Below, piece by piece: positions 12,181 to 24,905 of a stretch of DNA of 64,000 nucleotides. The DNA is taken from the NCBI RefSeq assembly GCF_009914755.1, contig NC_060930.1; one strand, given 5' to 3'. Below the pieces are notes generated by a model, which was not told the origin of the DNA, made no database searches, and saw only the letters and a program-made list of their open reading frames with translations. Position numbers and translations under genes: made by a program. How positions within the stretch are numbered: position 1 is the stretch's first letter; each line of letters begins with the position of its first letter. This stretch comes from the human T2T-CHM13v2.0 reference genome, Homo sapiens.

Positions 12181-13231
12181 AAAAGAGACTGACTTTTTAT
12201 AGAATGACACTTTTCCCTTTTATGAGGCATCCTTTGCTAAGCCTTCTATAAAATATATTAGCATTTCTTATCAGCATCAATGGACAAAACTCGTTACCAG
12301 GTGCCAAGCACTTCTATCAAGAGTACATCTTAGACCCCGTGGAGAACTGGAACTGCCTCCACTTCTCCACAAGACTTTTCGTCTGCAACCTCCCTTCATC
12401 AGTCTCTTTCTGTAAGCTCCCAGGTTAAAGTCTCTTTGCTATTTTCATTTGTTTGCTTGAAGCATAGTTTGTTGCCAGCTGTTAGCTGTAGTGCAGTAAC
12501 CCATTTAAAGTCCTACCATACTTCCTTCTAGAGATAATTGATGCTAATGAGGCATAAAATAATCCATTTGAATAACTGGTAGAGAAGTTTCAGTTTCAAT
12601 TCAGTTTCTTTTCATGGAAAATAAAACTTCACAACTTGATCATGTGTGAAAGCAAAGTCGGCTATTTCAAAGAAAGGAACTGATTAAAAAGAAAACACTC
12701 ACACACACACACACCCCATAACCTGTTGACACTAAACTATCTGAACACAGAAGGCATTTGGGCCAAGGCAGAGTAATTGAGATTTGTGCTTACTTTTCCC
12801 TTGGTCTTGCCCTAATGGGTTCATGAGGATTGTCTATAATGAACAAATAATAATTCTGATAAATGAGTTTATTGGTTAATTCATAAAACATATGGCAAGC
12901 TTCCTCTGCCACAGTATTTGGGCAAAGGAAAAGCAAATGAAGATCAAGAATAAACAAATGATATGACACAAAAACAATGTTTTGAAGTAGACCAGAAAAG
13001 TCAACTAATTAGGGTTTTATTGATCTAGAAAAGGGGAAATCCCAGTTCTATTCTAGGCACATTTGCACATACCTAAGTGTCAAAATGGAGATGAAAACTG
13101 TGTTTTCATTAAAACTCAGTGGGTGTGGGCCCTAATTCTCACATTCTTCTGTAGGTTATCACAAGCTTGCTCTGTAGACTTTATGTTGCAAAATAATGAA
13201 TACTATACAAAAGGAGCAGTTACCTTCCTCA

Positions 13232-13570
13232 TATTAGCCTGGATAAGAATGACAGTGCTGTAATATTAAATGACCCCCAAAATCACAATTTTAACTTAAT
13301 AAAATCTTATTTCTGCCTCCCATAGTGTATACTGCTAGTCCAGGTGATTGTCCAGGATAGGCTTTTTGATCTTGTTTTACTTCCATTTCAGCATGTATTT
13401 TCAAGATGGCTGATCACTTCACCAGAGAAAACAGTGTTGCTGGAGGTCTTCTACCAACAATTAAATATGCCAGCCAGGAAGTACCACATGGTACCTAATG
13501 TCCAAAAAGAAATGTGGAGCCATTACTGTAACACAGAAGCACTATACAGCTGTAATCAGTTCTGTCACAA
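13232..13570 (-). mobile_element. Old MaLR LTR (MLT1K/L-like), degraded
   Basis: 'gctgtaatattaaatgaccccaaaatc..ttatttct..caattaaat..ccaggaagt..cacatgg' resembles old MLT1 reverse strand. Confidence 0.45.
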
Positions 13571-13664
13571 TTCCCTCATCTCCAAAATCCAGATCATAGT
13601 CAAGCCTCTTTTTGGCTTGTGCCTCTCTACCCTGGAGGATGCTAAATTTTTAACAGCAGAATAT

Positions 13665-13865
13665 CACAGTAGGAGGAATATTGGTTTGGCTTCTGTTTTC
13701 ACCAATTCCCAAGTGACCTTGGACATATTATTTAACTTCTCCAAGCCTAATTTTCCTCATTTGACAGATGAGGATAATAGTAGTTCCTATCTTATAGGCT
13801 TGTGGGATTAAAAGGAATAATACATGAAAAGTAGTTGGCATTGAAGAATCATGCAGTAAATGCCT
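13665..13865 (+). mobile_element. MIR
   Basis: 'gtgaccttggacatattatttaacttctccaagcctaattttcctcatttgacagatgaggataatagtagttcctatcttataggcttgtgggattaaa'. Confidence 0.85.
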
Positions 13866-14529
13866 GGCCATTCCAAAAAGTGCAGTCATGGACAAAGTTT
13901 CACGTGCTGCCTATCTCATATATTCTCTACCCACTGATAAATGCCTATGAGAGAGGGAGATTAAGCAGCAATGCCTATGAGAGAGGGAGAACTCAACTCG
14001 AGGACAAGCAAGTGTCTGGATCTGAGGTCTCCACGTGGAGGTTATAAGGTGTCTGCGTCACTAGAATTAGAATTGCTTCTGATCCCTGTAAATACTGCCC
14101 TGGAAAATGGACTTAGGTGAGTACTTTGCAACTCCCATGGAAATGAAGGTGATAGACAACAGGCAGCCTACTTCTCTGGAACCATTTCAAATCTGGTTTA
14201 AGTTTGCTTGGAAAAGTAAACAATGGTTTACAGCAGTCCTGTGAATAAAACCTATGTAATACTTTACCCAAAATCACACTTGACCTTTTAAACTTGCTTT
14301 CAGAAAGAGGTGAAGATGTCATTCTATTTCAACAGAACTACTATATGAAATTTTTTATTTTATGTAAAATCATTATAGGTATGATTTATCACTTTGCAAC
14401 AGGATTCAGTATAGAATTGATTTAAATAGCACATCTTTGTTTGAACTTTATTATTATATATATTTATTATTGTACATAGTTATATAACTATTATTTGTCT
14501 GAACTTTATTACTTTTTTTATATTTATGT

Positions 14530-17343
14530 ATATTTTATTTTCCCCAGTCCCCTCCACCTTTCCTGGCCTCTGGTAACCACAAATCTACTCCCTATCTTCA
14601 TGAGATCCATTCTATTTAGTTCCCACATATGAGTGAGAATATGTGATATATGTCTTTCTGGCTTACTTCATTTAATGCAATGTCCTCCAGTTCCTTCCAT
14701 GTTGCTACAACGACAGGAGTTTATTCTTTTTTATGGATGAATAATATTCTACCGTGTATATATGTTACATTTTCTTTATCCATTCATTCATTGATAGGCA
14801 CTTAGTCTGATTCCATATTTTGTCTACTGTAAATAGTCTTGCAATAAATGTGAGAGTGCAGATATCTCTACAGCATATTGATTTCTTTTGGATATACACC
14901 CAGTGGTGGAATTGCTGGACCACATGGTACTTCCATTTTTAGTATTTTGAGAAACCTCCATATAGCTTTCCATAGTAGTTCTCCTAATTTACATGCCCAC
15001 CAACAGTGTACGAGAATTCCCCTTTCTCCATACCCTCACCGGCTTCCATTATTCTATGTTTTTTTGATAACTCATTTTAACTGGAGTGAGATATCTCACT
15101 ATGGTTTTGATTTGCATTTCTCTGACGATTAGTGATGTCAAACTATTTTTCATATACACATTGGCCATTTGTATGTCTTATTTTGAGAAATATGTGTTCA
15201 GATCTTTTGCCCGGTTTTTAATTGAATTGTTTATTTTTTTTTTGTTATGGAGTTGCTGGAGTTCCTTATATATTTCAGTTATTAACTTATTGTCAGATAG
15301 AGTTTGTGAATATTTTCTGCCATTCTTTATGTTGTCTCTTTACTTTGCTGATGGTTTCCTTTGCTGTGCAGAAGATTTTTAGCTTAATGTGGTCCCATTT
15401 ATTCATTTTTGCTTTGGTGGTCTGTCCTTTTACACAAGTCTTACACAAGAAAAATATGTGCCCACATCAAGTTCTGGACCATTTCCCCAATGTTTTCTTC
15501 CAGTAGTTTTATAGTTTCAGGTCTTAGATTTAAGTCTTTAATCCATTTTGAGTTGACTTTTGTATATGGTGAGAGACAGAATTCTAATTTCATTATTCTG
15601 CATATTGTTATCTTGTTTTCCCAGCACCATTTCCCAGAGACTGTCCTTTTTCTATTGTATGTTCTTGGTACCTTTGTCAAAAATGAGTTTGGCTTTAAAT
15701 GTGTGGATTTATATCTGGGTTCTCTATTCTATGTGTCTGCTTTTATTCCAGTACCATTCTGGTTTGGTTATTATAGGTTTGTAGTATATTTTGAAGTTAG
15801 GTAGTGTGATGCCTCCAGCTTTGGCTATTTAGGGTTTGTGTAGTTCCATATAAATTTTAGAACTTCTTTTTAGTTTTGTGAAAAATGCCATTCATATATT
15901 GATAGGGATTGCATTGAATCTGTACATTATTTTGGGTACAATTGTCATTTTAACAATATTAATTCTTTCTATCCATGAGCATGGAATATATTTCCATTTT
16001 TTTTGGTGTCCTCTTCAGTTTCTTTCATCAGTGTTTTATTGCCTTGCTTGGATAGAATTTTCACTTTGGTTAGATGGATTTCAAAGTATTTTATATTATT
16101 TGTAACTACTATAAATGAGATTGCTTTCTTGATTTCTTTTTCAGATTATTCAGATAGTTGACATATATAAATGCTATAGATTTTTGTACGTCGATTTTGT
16201 GCCTGCAACTTTACTGAATTTGTTTACCAGTTCTAACAGTTTTTTGGTGGAGTTTTTAGGCTTTTCTAAGTGTGAGACCGTGTCACCTGGAAACAAGGCT
16301 AATTTGACTTGTTCCTTTCTGATTTGAACTTTATTTATTTCTCTTACCTAATTACCCTGACCAGGAATTCTATATTATATTGAATAAAAGTGGTGTAAGC
16401 AGGCATCCTTGTTTTGTTCCAGATCTTAGAAGAAAAACTTTCAATGTTTCCCCCATTCAGTATGATGTTAGCTATGGGTTTGTAAAATATGGTCTTTATT
16501 ATTTTGAGGTATGTTCCTTCTATACCCCATTTGTTGAAGGTTTGTATCATAAAGGAATGTTGAATTTTATTAAGTGCTTTTCAGCATCTATTGGAATGAT
16601 CATAAAATTTTTGTTCTTGGTTCTGTTAATGTGATGTATTATTTTCACTGATTTGCATATGTTAAACCACTCTTGCATCCCTGGGATAAATCTCACTTGA
16701 TCATGATAAATGATCTCTTTAATTTATTGTAGCATTCAAATTGCTAGTATTTTGTTGAGGTTTTTTGCATATATATTGATCAGTGACATTGTCTTGTAGT
16801 TTTTTTGTCGTTGTGTGCTTGTGTGATTTTGGTAACAGGGGAATGCTGGTCTTAGAATAAGTTTGGAAGTATTCCCTCCTCTTCAATTTTTTGGAAGACT
16901 TTGAGTAGAACTTGTGTTAGTTTTTCTTTAAATGTTTGGTGAAGCTTCAATCTCATTACTCATTATTAGTTTGTTGAGGTTTTCTAGTTTCATGGTTCAA
17001 TCTTGGAAGGTTATATGTATCCAGGAATTTATCCACTTCTTCTAGGTTTTCCAATTTGTTCACATATAGTTGTTCATCATAGTCTCTAATGATTCTTTGT
17101 ATTTCTGTGGTCTTTATTGTTGTGTCTCCTTTTTTGTTTCTGATTTTATATATTTGAGTTTTTTCTCATTTTCTTAGTCTAACTGAAAGATTGTCAATTT
17201 TGTTTATCTTTTCAAAAAGTCAACTTTTCATTTTGTTGATCTTCTGTATTATTTTAGTCTCAATTTCATTCATTTCTGCTCTAATACTCATTGTTTCTTT
17301 CCTTCTACTAAATTTGCATTTGATTTATTCTTGCTTTTCTGTC
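14530..17343 (-). mobile_element. L1MA-type LINE-1, 5'-truncated (3' UTR plus decayed ORF2)
   Basis: 3' UTR 'cctctggtaaccac..cccacatatgagtgagaa'; ORF track peptides 'KWCWENKITICRIMKLEFCLSPYTKVNSKWIKDLNLRPETIKLLEENIGE' and 'GIEGTYLKIIKTIFYKPIANIILNG' are L1 ORF2. Confidence 0.95.
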
Positions 17344-18988
17344 TGCCTGTAAAGTTGTCTAACATGCCAACAAGTTTTCAAGAATGCAATACAAACTAAA
17401 AAGGGGTTTGTGAAGGCCATATATGATCAATAGAAGACTTCACTTCTCTACTTTCTTTTGCAGCTTTCCAAAAGAATCATGCTAATATCCAAGTAAGCAT
17501 ACACACAGAGATTTAAATTACCATGATTTTCCCTTTCAGAGAAAGGGGAGGTTCTTCTTTCTACAGTTGAAATATATTTTTCAAACGTCCAGCTTTTAAC
17601 AAAAAATTGTGAGACATACAAAGAAACAAGAACATATGGCCCACATGCAAGGATGAAATATCACTGAAAACTGTCTTTGAGGAAGCCCTAAATGTTGAAT
17701 TTACTAGGCAGAGACTTTAAATCAGCTATTTTAAATATGTTCAAAGAACTCAAGTAAATAGTATCTGAAGAACTGAAGTGTAAAAACAACATCTCACCAA
17801 ACAGAGACTATCAATAAAGAGATATAAATTATAAAAAAGGGTCAAACAGAAAGTCTGATGTTGAAAAGTATAATAACTGAAATGAAAAATTTAGTAGAGA
17901 CATTCAACAGCAGATTTGAACTGGCAAAAGAGAATCAGTGAACTTGAAAACAGATCAATCAAATATATCCAGTCTGAAGAGAAGAAAGAAAAAAGAATGG
18001 AAAAAAAAAAGGAAACCAGAGCCTTAGAAAATTGCAAGATACCAAGTCCAACATAAGCGTAATAAGTTTCAAGATAAAAAGAAAGCAGAAGGGAAAAAAG
18101 GAATATTTGAGTAAATAATGACTAAAATTTTCCAAAATTTGTTTAAAAAACATTAATCTACACATCCAAGAAGCTGAATGTATCCAAGTAGACAAACAAG
18201 AAGATTCACACCAAAACTCATAATAAAACTGTTGAAAAAGACAAAGAGAAAATCTTGAAAGCCACAAGAGAAAAGCAGCTCATCATATACATAAAAGGGA
18301 TCCTCTAAATTAACAGTTAATTTTTTATTAGAAACCATGGTGTCAATCACATATTCAGAGTGACAAAAGAAAAAAAAACTGTCAACTAAGCAAAACTATT
18401 TCTTAAAGAGGAAAGAGAAATTAAGACATTCCCCATATGTAGAACCAGAGAATTTGTTGCTAGTTGGGCCCCAAAAGAAATACTACTATGAACAAATATA
18501 TGGTAACATATTAAATAATCTAAACAAAATGAACACTTTCTTAGAAAGGCAAAAACTACCAAAACTGACTCAAGAAGAAATAAAATAACTAAATAGACAT
18601 ATAGCAAGAAAAGAGATTGAATTAGCAATCAAAAAATTTCCCATAAAGAAAATTCCAGGACCAATTGGCTTCACTGGTCAATCAACCAAATGTTTAAAGA
18701 ATTAACATCAAAACTTCACAAACTTATATAAAAAATAGAAAACATTTCAGAACTCATTTTATGAGGTTAGGATAATTCTGATACCAAAACTAGACAATAG
18801 TATATCTAAAAAAAAAGTGCAAACCAATATCCCTTATGAATATGGACACAAAAATCCTCAAAAACAATACAAAACTAGCAAACTAAATCTAGCAACATAT
18901 ATCAAGAATTATACATCATGAGACCATTAAATTAGATTTATTTCAGTAATGAAATATTGGTTCAGCATACAAAAATCCATGTAATACA

Positions 18989-19614
18989 TGAGTAGTCTGA
19001 CTCCCAAAATATTATGTGCCATTTTTCAGGTCTGACCACAGGACCAATTTCAAAAGCTTTACCTGGCAGGCCTCTTGGGGGAAAGCTACCTTCTCTACAC
19101 AAGACATGGCGTACAGCTAGTGCACTGCAGGCTCCAACGAAAGTTGCAGTCACTTGCATTCCTAGCTCAGGATCCTCCCTTCGAAGGCATCGTTAGCAGG
19201 AGGCCCTGGGCCAAGGCCTTTTCAGGTGCATCTACTAAGCCCACCATACCTGGGGGACCTTGAAGACACTTTTCTTCACTCTGACTTAATATTAAGTACT
19301 TTCCCACTCCTAGCTTTTCTGTCTCTTCCCCTTCCATCCCTTGGGTCAGGAAACAGCAGGAACCTTCTTGGGAGGAATCCCTTGGCAGTGAGATAATCTC
19401 CATGTCTGCAATGATACATCTGACTCCTCCCAACACCATTCCATGGGAGAAAATGGAACATTGAGAGAGCCAGCACTTTTTCCTATTTAGCCTCTTGCTT
19501 ATATTATCACCACTAAGTGATTAAAGGTTTGACTGTTACTTTAGCTTTGGCTTATTATTTTAATTGGCCACCTAGACCCTGGCAGCTCAGCAATCTTAAG
19601 TTCAGTTCTTGACA
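18989..19614 (+). mobile_element. ERVL-class solo LTR (MER73/MER74/MER88-like group) inserted in L1MB ORF2
   Basis: 626-bp GC-richer block with TG...CA termini, ATTAAA polyA signal near 19520 ('gtgattaaaggtttgactgttact'); L1 ORF2 resumes on both sides. Family name tentative. Confidence 0.65.
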
Positions 19615-19787
19615 TAGTAATATATTATATAACCATAGTAATGTAATAAAGGACAAATTCCACATGATGATCTCAATGGGCACAGAAAAGACATTTGACA
19701 AACACCTAACAGTATTTATTATGATAAAACAGATTTATTATGATAAAACAGTATTTTTATGATAAAACACACAATAATCTAAGAATC

Positions 19788-19911
19788 TTTTATTTTATTT
19801 TATTTTTATTTATTTATTTTTTTTTTTTGTGAGATGGATTCTTGCTCTGTTGCTCAGGCTGAAGTGCAGTGGCATGATCTCGGCTCACTGCAAGCTCTGT
19901 CTCCCGGGTTC
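19788..19911 (-). mobile_element. 5'-truncated Alu right-arm fragment (AluY-like)
   Basis: (TTTTA)n/poly-T then 'gagatggattcttgctctgttgctcaggctg..ctcactgcaagctctgtctcccgggttc'; 'gcaagctc' is a Y-type diagnostic. Confidence 0.9.
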
Positions 19912-20182
19912 CTTTAACTTGATAAAGGGCATCTGTAAAAATCCACTATTAACATTATTCTTAATGGTAAAAGACTGAAAGCTTTCTCCTTAAGATCAGA
20001 AATGGGACAGGTATATCCCCTCTCATAATGTCTATTCAACATTGAATTTAATATTCTAGCCAGAGCAACTAGGCAAGAAGAAGTAATGAAAGGAATACAG
20101 ACTGGAAAGAAACAAGTAAAACTATCTCTATTTCCAGATGACATAATCTTGCATATAGAAAATTCTTTTTAAAAAATCCACA

Positions 20183-20216
20183 TGTACCCTAAAACTTAAA
20201 GTATAATAATAATAAT
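20183..20216 (+). mobile_element. Extremely truncated young L1PA 3' end with 11-bp TSD
   Basis: '(caca)tgtaccctaaaacttaaagtataataataataat' matches the young L1PA terminus; flanked by aaaaatccaca at 20172-20182 and 20217-20227. Confidence 0.9.
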
Positions 20217-20827
20217 AAAAATCCACAAAAAACTATTAGAACTAATAAATTAGTTTGGCAAGGTTGCAGGATATAAGATCAGCATACAAAAATTAACTGT
20301 TTTTCCACATACTACCAATGAATAATCTGAAAAAAATTAAGAAAGCTATCGCATCTGTAATAGTATCAAAAATAATAAAATACTTAGTAATACATTTAAC
20401 AAAAAAGTTTTGTATTCTACATTGAAAAATAAAAAAAAAACTTGAAGGAAATTTAAAAAGACATAAATAGATGGAAAGGCATCCCATGTTCATAATTTGG
20501 AAGATTTAATATGGTAAAAATGGCAATATTCTCCAAATGGATCTACAGATTTAATGTAATCAGTCTCACAATTCCAGCTTCCTTTTTTAGAGAAATTAAC
20601 AAACTGATCCTAAAACTCAGAAATTTAAGGGGCCCAAAAAGCCAAAACAACCTTGAAAAAGAAGAAAAAATTTGGATAATTCTCTATTTCTATTTCCAGT
20701 TGAGACTGTGTGGTAATGGTCCAGGATAGACATATACGTCAATGGAATATAATTGAGAATTAAAAAAAAAAAAAGAAAAAGAGAGAAAGAAAAAGAAAAA
20801 GAAGAAAGAATCCTGCTACATTTACAG

Positions 20828-21174
<347 letters not shown>

Positions 21175-23185
21175 TTAGAAAAGAATATTTTTTTCAACAA
21201 ATTGTGCTGAGATAATTAGATATTCACGTGTAAAAATAACGAATTCGGATTCCTACTTCACACCATATAAAAATCTATTCAAAACTATATGTAAGTGAGG
21301 AGACTGTAAAATCTTCAAATGAACCATAGGGACAGGTCTTTATGACCTGAGATTAGACAATGATTTCTAGTTATTACTCCAAAAGCACAAGGAATAATAA
21401 TAATAAAATAGGTAAATCGCATTTTTCAAAACAAAAACTTGTGAGCTTCAAAGGACACCTTTGAGAAAGTGAAAACACTTGCAAATCATAGAGCTAATAG
21501 GTACTTTTATTTAGAATATATACAGAACCCTTATAACTCAATAACAAGATGATAAATAATCCAGTTTTAAAATGGGCAAAGGATCTGAATAGACATTTCT
21601 CCACATAAGATATACAGATGGCCAATAAGCACATGAAAAAATGCCTAATATCATTATCTCTAGGAGAAATGCAAATCAAACCACAATGTCATACAACTTC
21701 ACACCCACTAGGATGTCTAGAATCAAGAAAAATGAACAAATGTAAGCACAGTGGAAGATGTGAAAAAATTAGAACCATCATATATTGCTGGTGGGAATGT
21801 AAAAACAGCATAGCCACTGTGGAAAACAATTTGGCAGGTCCTCAAAACTAAACATAGAGTTTAATAATAAGATTCAGCAATTCTACTCCTAAACATGTAC
21901 CCAAGAGAATTGAAAGCTTATGTCCATACAAAAACTTATGCATGCATGTTCATAGCAGCATTACTCATAATAGTCATTAAGTGAAAACAACCCAAATATT
22001 CATCAACTGATGAGTGGATAAACAAAATACGTTATATCCAAATGGAACATTATTCAGCCATAAACAGTAATCAAGTACTCATACATGATACAACATACAA
22101 AAACCTTGGAAACACTATGCTAAGTGAAAGATAACAGACCTAAAAGACTACAAGTTGTGTCCATTTATAGAAAATATCTAGACCGGGAAATCTCATAGAG
22201 ACAGAATGTAACTCAGTAGTTTCCAGGGGCTTGGGGGCAAGGAGGAATAGGGAATGACTGCTAAATGGTACTGAGTTTCTTTTTGGTGTGATGAAAGTGT
22301 TTTGGCATTAGACAGAGGTGATGGTTGGATACCCTTGTGGGTATACTAAAAACCACTGAATTTTACACTTTAAGAAATGTGAATTTTATGATATGTGAAT
22401 TATAGCTCAATTTTTAAAAACCCATGGAGAGGTTTAAAATGAAAATTAACACCATCGATAACTCTATGTTCTGGAGACAGGCACCACTAACATTTTGAAT
22501 ATTCCATTCCAATCTTTTTCTTATGGATATATACATATTTTAAGTCAAGCTCATATCCTACATATATAGACATATATTTTCCTCTATTGGCGTTACATTT
22601 TTTGTTGTAAGAACAAAAATTTTAAGAAATATTCTAAAGACCTCTTTTTTTGGAAGAGTGTATTAATCTTGTGGCAATAAACAGTTCCAGCTCATCCACT
22701 GATTAGACGAATGCAAGAAGTTGCTTTCTAGGAGCAAGCCTTCACATTGAAAATGATTTTGAATAGTGACATTGAGTGTAGAGGTACCAAGATGCTGTAG
22801 AAAAATGGTTTGACAGGATATTTTGCAAAACGTTTTTCTCTTTCAACATTCCTTTCCTTTCTTTCATAAATGTATTTGTTTTTCAACACAGGTATATAGT
22901 CAAAGGCTGCATACTGGCTAACGATTAACCAGCTGCTCTGATTATTTGCCAAGCTAATGTTGTACGGGAATATTGCACGTTGAATGATAAAAACCTTGGA
23001 TACTGCACATTAAGTCTGGTACAACATGTATTCTAAATGTCCCCCATTTGACTGGGAAAGTCTAGTACATTTTAAGGATGGTTTATTTTTGTTTGCATTT
23101 AATTCAAAGGCTGAAACAGCACACCATCTTTTCTAAGTGCACAAATGGCTCCAGCATCGTAACTTACCTATGAAAATTAGGGGGA

Positions 23186-23351
23186 TTTTTGTTTTTTGTT
23201 TTTTGTTTTTTTTGAGACAGTGTCTCGCTTTGTCACCCAGGCTGAAGGGCAGTAACACCATCATAGCTCCCTTCAGTGTCAACCTCCCAGGCTCAAGCAA
23301 TCCTCCTATCTTAGCCTCTTGAGTAGCTAGGACCATAGGAGTGAGCCACCA
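23186..23351 (-). mobile_element. Alu right monomer (FRAM/AluJ-like)
   Basis: (TTTTTTG)n tail, 'gagacagtgtctcgctttgtcacccaggctg..ggctcaagcaatcctcct..gagccacca'. Confidence 0.85.
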
Positions 23352-24540
23352 TTTGATTAAGACACCAAATTAAAATTCTAAAGTACTGTGACCCTTCCTG
23401 GGCACTCAAATTATAGAAAAGATTTTTGAGGCAAAGCAATGGCTCTTCATGAAATAGGTCCTATCTATAGCATTATAAAAGTATTTCAGAAGATGGTTTA
23501 AGTCAAATATGTGGTATAGATTATTCTCATTAAAAAGCATTCATATAAGACTATGTTTTGCAGGCCCTTGAAAAAATTTCATTGGTTATCAGTTACAACA
23601 TAATAGGTCAATTTTTTTTAGAAAAGGCAATTGAGATGCTCATGGTTAGATTTGCTCCGACCCACCCAGCAACACAATGGCAGATTGAAAGTCCTGGTTC
23701 TTTAATTCCCGGGCCTGGTTCTAATGCTGCTGGATCACAGGGTCTTTATAATAGAGCTTATAAAAGCACATTTTATGTGAGGCGACTGGTTAGAGAAAAT
23801 ATGACCTTTCAAATTATATCACCATTTTCCACATAAAAGCCTCAGCCAACCTCCTAATTTATGCGACCTTTGGAAACCATAAAATCACTTCCCAGGGAGA
23901 GTTGATGTTGATTTGATTAGGGCCGCTCTTCTTGACCCAGAGTGGGTAGGAGCCAGCCACCCAGGGAACAGCCCAGGGAACATCAAAATTCACTCAGCCC
24001 AGGGAGAAATCTGCAGTCTAAGGAAGTCATTTGAACCCAGTAATGCACTTGCTAGAGACAGCTAGTTACTCTAGCTAAAGGTTTAATCTTTATCTCCTCA
24101 ATTGAAAACCTAAGAAAACCTTTAGATTTGCCAAATGCTTGAAGAGGAATATTTCACAGATGTTAAGGAATACAGGACTCTACAAATAGAAATGCTAAGA
24201 GTATGTATGCATAGAAATTAAAGTCATCAGAAAAGGAAATGCTGCCTGATTGAAAACTCAAACATTTAATAGAATTTCTGTTTATTAATAAAGCAGTTTT
24301 ACTTTAGAACTTGATGAATGACTAAGTGAAACAGAGGAAAGAGCAAAGGACTTGACAAAGTGCTGTTTAATACCTTTAAAATATATCCTGTTTTTTAATA
24401 TAAAGTCATTTTTATAGTATATCTGCCTTATGGGAAATCCCAAAGAATTGGATAATAAAAGATACAACTAAGATTTGTTGGATTTTATATTCACTACTTT
24501 TCGTAATGTACAGATGTAGGTACCTGGGTGAAATTCTACT

Positions 24541-24563
24541 TATATATATAGGATAAAAGTAGG

Positions 24564-24597
<34 letters not shown>

Positions 24598-24664
24598 ATA
24601 TACTAAAAGTGTGTGTGTGTATATATATATATACACACACACACACACAGACACATATATATAT
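24541..24664. repeat. Compound (TA)n/(TG)n/(CA)n microsatellite inside an inverted repeat
   Basis: Directly visible. Confidence 0.95.
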
Positions 24665-24684
24665 CCTACTTTTATTCACAAAAC

Positions 24685-24905
24685 ATAATAGTAGCATTTT
24701 CCCCATGTGATTACAAATACTATGAGAATATCATCATAAACTGCTGAATAATGTTCCAACATATAAAAGTGCTACAACTTATTGAACTATTTCATTATTG
24801 ATGAACTTTAGAGTTTTCAATTGTTTTGTATCATAACTAACAATCCATTAAACATTTTTGTGGATAAAAGGTTTTCGTGTGTTTCAGCTTGTTGTGTGGA
24901 ATAGA
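24685..24905 (-). mobile_element. Old L1 (L1ME-like) 3' fragment
   Basis: 'ctgctgaataatgttcca..tttattgaactatttcattattgatgaactttagagttttcaattgttttg..aacatttttgtg'. Confidence 0.5.

Noticed and set aside
13344-13811. 155-aa ORF, among the longest outside L1
   Set aside because: GTG start; spans a degraded MLT1-like LTR and a MIR; no recognisable domain
13940-13990. CRISPR-like repeat-spacer-repeat (also 4465-4499, 19708-19770, 55414-55474)
   Set aside because: Only 2-3 copies, spacers 0-9 nt, primate DNA, no cas genes
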